From IMG/VR virus record IMGVR_UViG_3300029290_000006, positions 1-38,151 of that record: DNA of 38,151 bases; one strand, written 5' to 3'. The translations under genes were made by a program, and so were the position numbers. Of the stretch, positions 35,147-38,151 are shown in pieces; within the stretch, counting starts at the first letter, position 1, and every line of letters begins with the position of its first letter. This DNA is from a virus. Lineage: Duplodnaviria; Caudoviricetes. Below the pieces are notes generated by a model, which ran no database searches, was not told the DNA's origin, and saw only the letters and a list, made by a program, of their open reading frames with translations.

Positions 35147-37834
35147 ATGAACCTCGACCTCTCCTCCGCCCTTGCGTCGCGCCTGGTGCACGACTACGGC
35201 TTCAAGGAACGATCGAACAAGCTGGAGAACGGCACATGCCCCTCGTGCGGCAAACGCTCGTTGTGGGCCTTTGCCGATGCGCCGTGGGTCGTACGCTGCA
35301 ACCGGCTGAACAACTGCGCGGCTGAATTCCATGCCAAAGAGCTGTACCCCGATCTCTTCGCCTCCTGGAGCGACCGCTACGTCAAAACGCCCGAAGCGCC
35401 CCACGCTGCAGCCGACGCCTACATGCGCGACGCACGCGGCTTTGACCTGGCACGCGTAGCCGGCTGGTACACGCAAGAGAGCTACTACAGCCACGAGCTG
35501 AAGATCGGCAGCGCCACCGTCCGCTTCCCCTTGAGCGAAGGCCGCTATTGGGAACGCATCATCGACCAGCCGGAGCGCTTTGGGGACCGCAAGGCCACCT
35601 TCAGCGGCTCGTACGCGGGCACCTGGTGGCAACCGCCCACCCTGCCGTCCCAGCCAAAGGAGCTGTGGCTAGTGGAAGGCATCTTTGATGCCATCGCCCT
35701 GCTGCATCACGACGTTGCCGCTGTGGCCACGTTCTCCTGCTCGCACTACCCGACCGCCGCCCTCGCCGCACTGGCCGAGCAATGCGCCGCCGCCGGCCAC
35801 CGCCGCCCGCACCTGGTCTTCGCCCTGGACAACGACCCCGCCGGCCGGCGCTACGCGCTCAAGCACATCGAGCGCGCCCAAAACGACGGCTGGTCAGCAT
35901 CCGCCGCGCTGCCGAAGCAGACTGGTCGGGCAAAGCTCGACTGGAACGAGCTGCACATGCGCGACCGGCTGTCCCCCGAAGACCTGAAGGAATACCGCTA
36001 CCTGGGCGATCTGTTCACCGCGCCCACGCCGTCCGACAAGGCGCGGCTGATGTACAACCGCACCGGCGACGCGCAGTTCCCCTTCGAGCACCGCAGCCGC
36101 CTCTACTGGTTCAAGCTGGAGCTGGACGCCTTCCAGCGCGAGACAACGGCCGTGCGCGAAGCGAACATCTGCGAGAACGACGAGCAGATACGCGAGCAAG
36201 CGCTGCTGCGCGCCGGCGTCGTGCAGCCCATCGCTAACTGCCTGCCGACCGCGCTCTACTACCAGGCCAGCCCGCAGACAGACGAGTCCTGGTACTACTT
36301 CCGCGTCGCCTTCCCGCACGATGGCCAGCCCATCAAGGCCACCTTCACCAGTGCGCAGATCGCCAGCAGCAGCGAGTTCAAGAAGCGCCTGCTGGGCGTT
36401 GCGCCTGGCGCCATGTACACCGGCAGCGGTCACCAGCTCGACGGCTACCTTGCGCGCCAGCTCGCCCGCATCCCGACCGTGCAGACCATCGATTATGTCG
36501 GCTACACCAAGGAACACGGCTGCTACGTCTACGGCGACGTGGCGGTCAAAGGCGGCAAGCTCTTCCGCCTGAATGACGAAGACTTCTTCGACATCTGCAA
36601 GCTTTCCATCAAGACCATCAGCCAGGCTGCAACGCTGTCCCTTTCCACTGACGTGCAGGGCATGCAGACGACCTGGCTGCCGCTGCTCTGGCAGGCCTTC
36701 GGCGCCAAGGGCCTGGCCGCGCTGGCGTTCTGGTTCGGCAGCCTGTTCGCAGAACAGATCCGCCAGGAGCACAAGAGCTACCCCTTCCTGGAGCTGGTGG
36801 GCGAGCCCGGCGCCGGCAAGACGACGCTCATTGAATTCCTCTGGAAGCTCTGCGGCCGGCGTGACTACGAAGGTTTCGACCCGAGCAAGTCATCGCTGGC
36901 GGCCCGGGCCCGGAACTTCGCCCAGGTGGCCAACCTGCCCGTCGTGCTCATCGAGGGCGACCGCGGCGACGAAGGCGCCAAGCAGCGCGGCTTCGATTGG
37001 GACGAGCTGAAGACCGCCTACAACGGCCGCAGCACCCGCGCGCGCGGCATGAAGAACGGCGGCAACGAAACCTACGAGCCGCCCTTCCGTGGCGCCATCG
37101 TCATCAGCCAGAACGCCGAAGTCAGCGCCAGCGACGCCGTGCTGCAGCGGATCGTCCACATCTACTGCGACCGCTCCGCACAGACCTCAGCCACGCGCGC
37201 CGCAGCCGAAGCGCTGGAGCGCATCCCCGTCGAGGATGTGTCCGCGTTCCTGCTCGCCACCGTCATGGCCGAGTCGAAAGTGCTGGAAACCTTCGCCGCC
37301 CGCGTCTCTGTGCACGAGCAGGCCCTGATGGCCCGCCCGGACATCAAGACCGTCCGCATTGCCAAGAACCACGCCCAAATCATGGCCATGGTCGACAGCA
37401 TGCGCCACGTGCTGCCGCTCACCGACGAGCAGCACGCCACCGCTCTGGACGAGCTGGGCCGCATGGCTGCGGCGCGCCAACAGGCGATCAGCGCGGATCA
37501 CAAGCACGTGCAGCAGTTCTGGGAGGTGTACGAGTACATCGAGTCGGCCGACGACGACCGCCCGATCCTCAACCACGCACGCGGCGACGGCCTCATCGCC
37601 ATCAACCTGCAGCACATGGAACAAGTCGCCGGCGAGCGCCGCATCGAGCTACCCCCGATCGCGGACCTCAAGCGCGTGCTCAAGACCTCGCGCCAGCGCA
37701 AGTTCGTCGACATCCGCGCCGTCAACAGCGCGATCAATGCGCACTTCAACCGGGAATATCCGTTGCAGCCGAAGCGGCCGGAAACGGTGAAGTGTTGGGT
37801 GTTTGAATGCAATACGAAGGGAGCCAAAGCATGA
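35147..37834 (+). CDS. Zn-finger/TOPRIM primase-helicase replication protein (P4 alpha-like)
   Basis: CPSC...C....C Zn domain, VEGIFDA and LDND TOPRIM motifs, Walker A GEPGAGKT, C-terminal VKCWVF. Confidence 0.92.
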   Translation: MNLDLSSALASRLVHDYGFKERSNKLENGTCPSCGKRSLWAFADAPWVVRCNRLNNCAAEFHAKELYPDLFASWSDRYVKTPEAPHAAADAYMRDARGFDLARVAGWYTQESYYSHELKIGSATVRFPLSEGRYWERIIDQPERFGDRKATFSGSYAGTWWQPPTLPSQPKELWLVEGIFDAIALLHHDVAAVATFSCSHYPTAALAALAEQCAAAGHRRPHLVFALDNDPAGRRYALKHIERAQNDGWSASAALPKQTGRAKLDWNELHMRDRLSPEDLKEYRYLGDLFTAPTPSDKARLMYNRTGDAQFPFEHRSRLYWFKLELDAFQRETTAVREANICENDEQIREQALLRAGVVQPIANCLPTALYYQASPQTDESWYYFRVAFPHDGQPIKATFTSAQIASSSEFKKRLLGVAPGAMYTGSGHQLDGYLARQLARIPTVQTIDYVGYTKEHGCYVYGDVAVKGGKLFRLNDEDFFDICKLSIKTISQAATLSLSTDVQGMQTTWLPLLWQAFGAKGLAALAFWFGSLFAEQIRQEHKSYPFLELVGEPGAGKTTLIEFLWKLCGRRDYEGFDPSKSSLAARARNFAQVANLPVVLIEGDRGDEGAKQRGFDWDELKTAYNGRSTRARGMKNGGNETYEPPFRGAIVISQNAEVSASDAVLQRIVHIYCDRSAQTSATRAAAEALERIPVEDVSAFLLATVMAESKVLETFAARVSVHEQALMARPDIKTVRIAKNHAQIMAMVDSMRHVLPLTDEQHATALDELGRMAAARQQAISADHKHVQQFWEVYEYIESADDDRPILNHARGDGLIAINLQHMEQVAGERRIELPPIADLKRVLKTSRQRKFVDIRAVNSAINAHFNREYPLQPKRPETVKCWVFECNTKGAKA

Positions 37835-38151
37835 CCACCATGACCCCATATGCAGTAAGCAACGTCACGCAGGAAGACATTGCCCGCCTGCTGTCTGACC
37901 TCCGCAACGTCCTGCAGGCCGTGCCGGTATCGGATCAACTGTGGGACGCTGCAGCCATTGGCAACTGGATGGGCCTGTCGCCCGACACCGTCACGGATGC
38001 GGTGGTGGTGCGCGAGGGCTTTCCCGCGCCAGTGCAGCCGACCGACGCACGCCATGGCAAACGGCTGTGGTTTGCCGATGAGGTCATCCAGTGGGCGCGA
38101 GCCAATCGCGGCCGGCTGCCCAAAGGACGCGGCCGCCCGCGCCGCGCTTAA
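37831..38151 (+). CDS. AlpA/excisionase-like winged-HTH protein
   Basis: LW....I..W.G.S...V.......GFP.P........LW...EV..W, C-terminal GRPR; usual position ahead of integrase. Confidence 0.75.
   Translation: MTTMTPYAVSNVTQEDIARLLSDLRNVLQAVPVSDQLWDAAAIGNWMGLSPDTVTDAVVVREGFPAPVQPTDARHGKRLWFADEVIQWARANRGRLPKGRGRPRRA

Larger units (their letters stand above)
1..38151. mobile_element. P2-like temperate phage/prophage (integrase and att sites outside window)
   Basis: Canonical P2 order Q-P-O-N-M-L-X-lysis-R-S-V-W-J-I-H-FI-FII-E/E'-T-U-D, ogr, P2-type cos sequence, repressor switch. Confidence 0.97.

Noticed and set aside
1-38151. tRNA genes, CRISPR arrays, IS elements, integrase/att core
   Set aside because: None recognised by eye; integrase is expected just beyond the right end

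Overview
Nearly complete P2-like (Peduoviridae-type) temperate myophage/prophage from a high-GC host, most plausibly a Burkholderiaceae (Ralstonia/Cupriavidus-like; inference from gene content, architecture recalls phiRSA1-type phages). Order: DUF5677-like moron - cos (893-911) - 2.6 kb cargo (transglutaminase, degenerate cold-shock protein, small proteins) - portal/terminase - capsid - lysis (two holin-like genes, endolysin, embedded spanins) - tail completion - moron - baseplate/tail fibre (split by an in-frame TAG) - sheath/tube/E-E' frameshift/tape measure/U/D - ~5.7 kb accessory region - XRE repressor facing RHH and CII-like genes - ogr - Bro-N antirepressor - P4-alpha-like primase/helicase - AlpA/excisionase-like gene. 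The integrase and att sites are not in the window. Most notable: a shared RHIM-like (amyloid-type) motif at the C-terminus of the repressor and the N-terminus of an ORF6C-like accessory protein; a hairpin-repeat-flanked cassette encoding an EF-Tu domain-III-like mini-protein; a fully overlapping sense/antisense gene pair in the early operon; and an amber codon within the tail fibre gene. All family assignments come from motif recognition and gene order, not from database searches.
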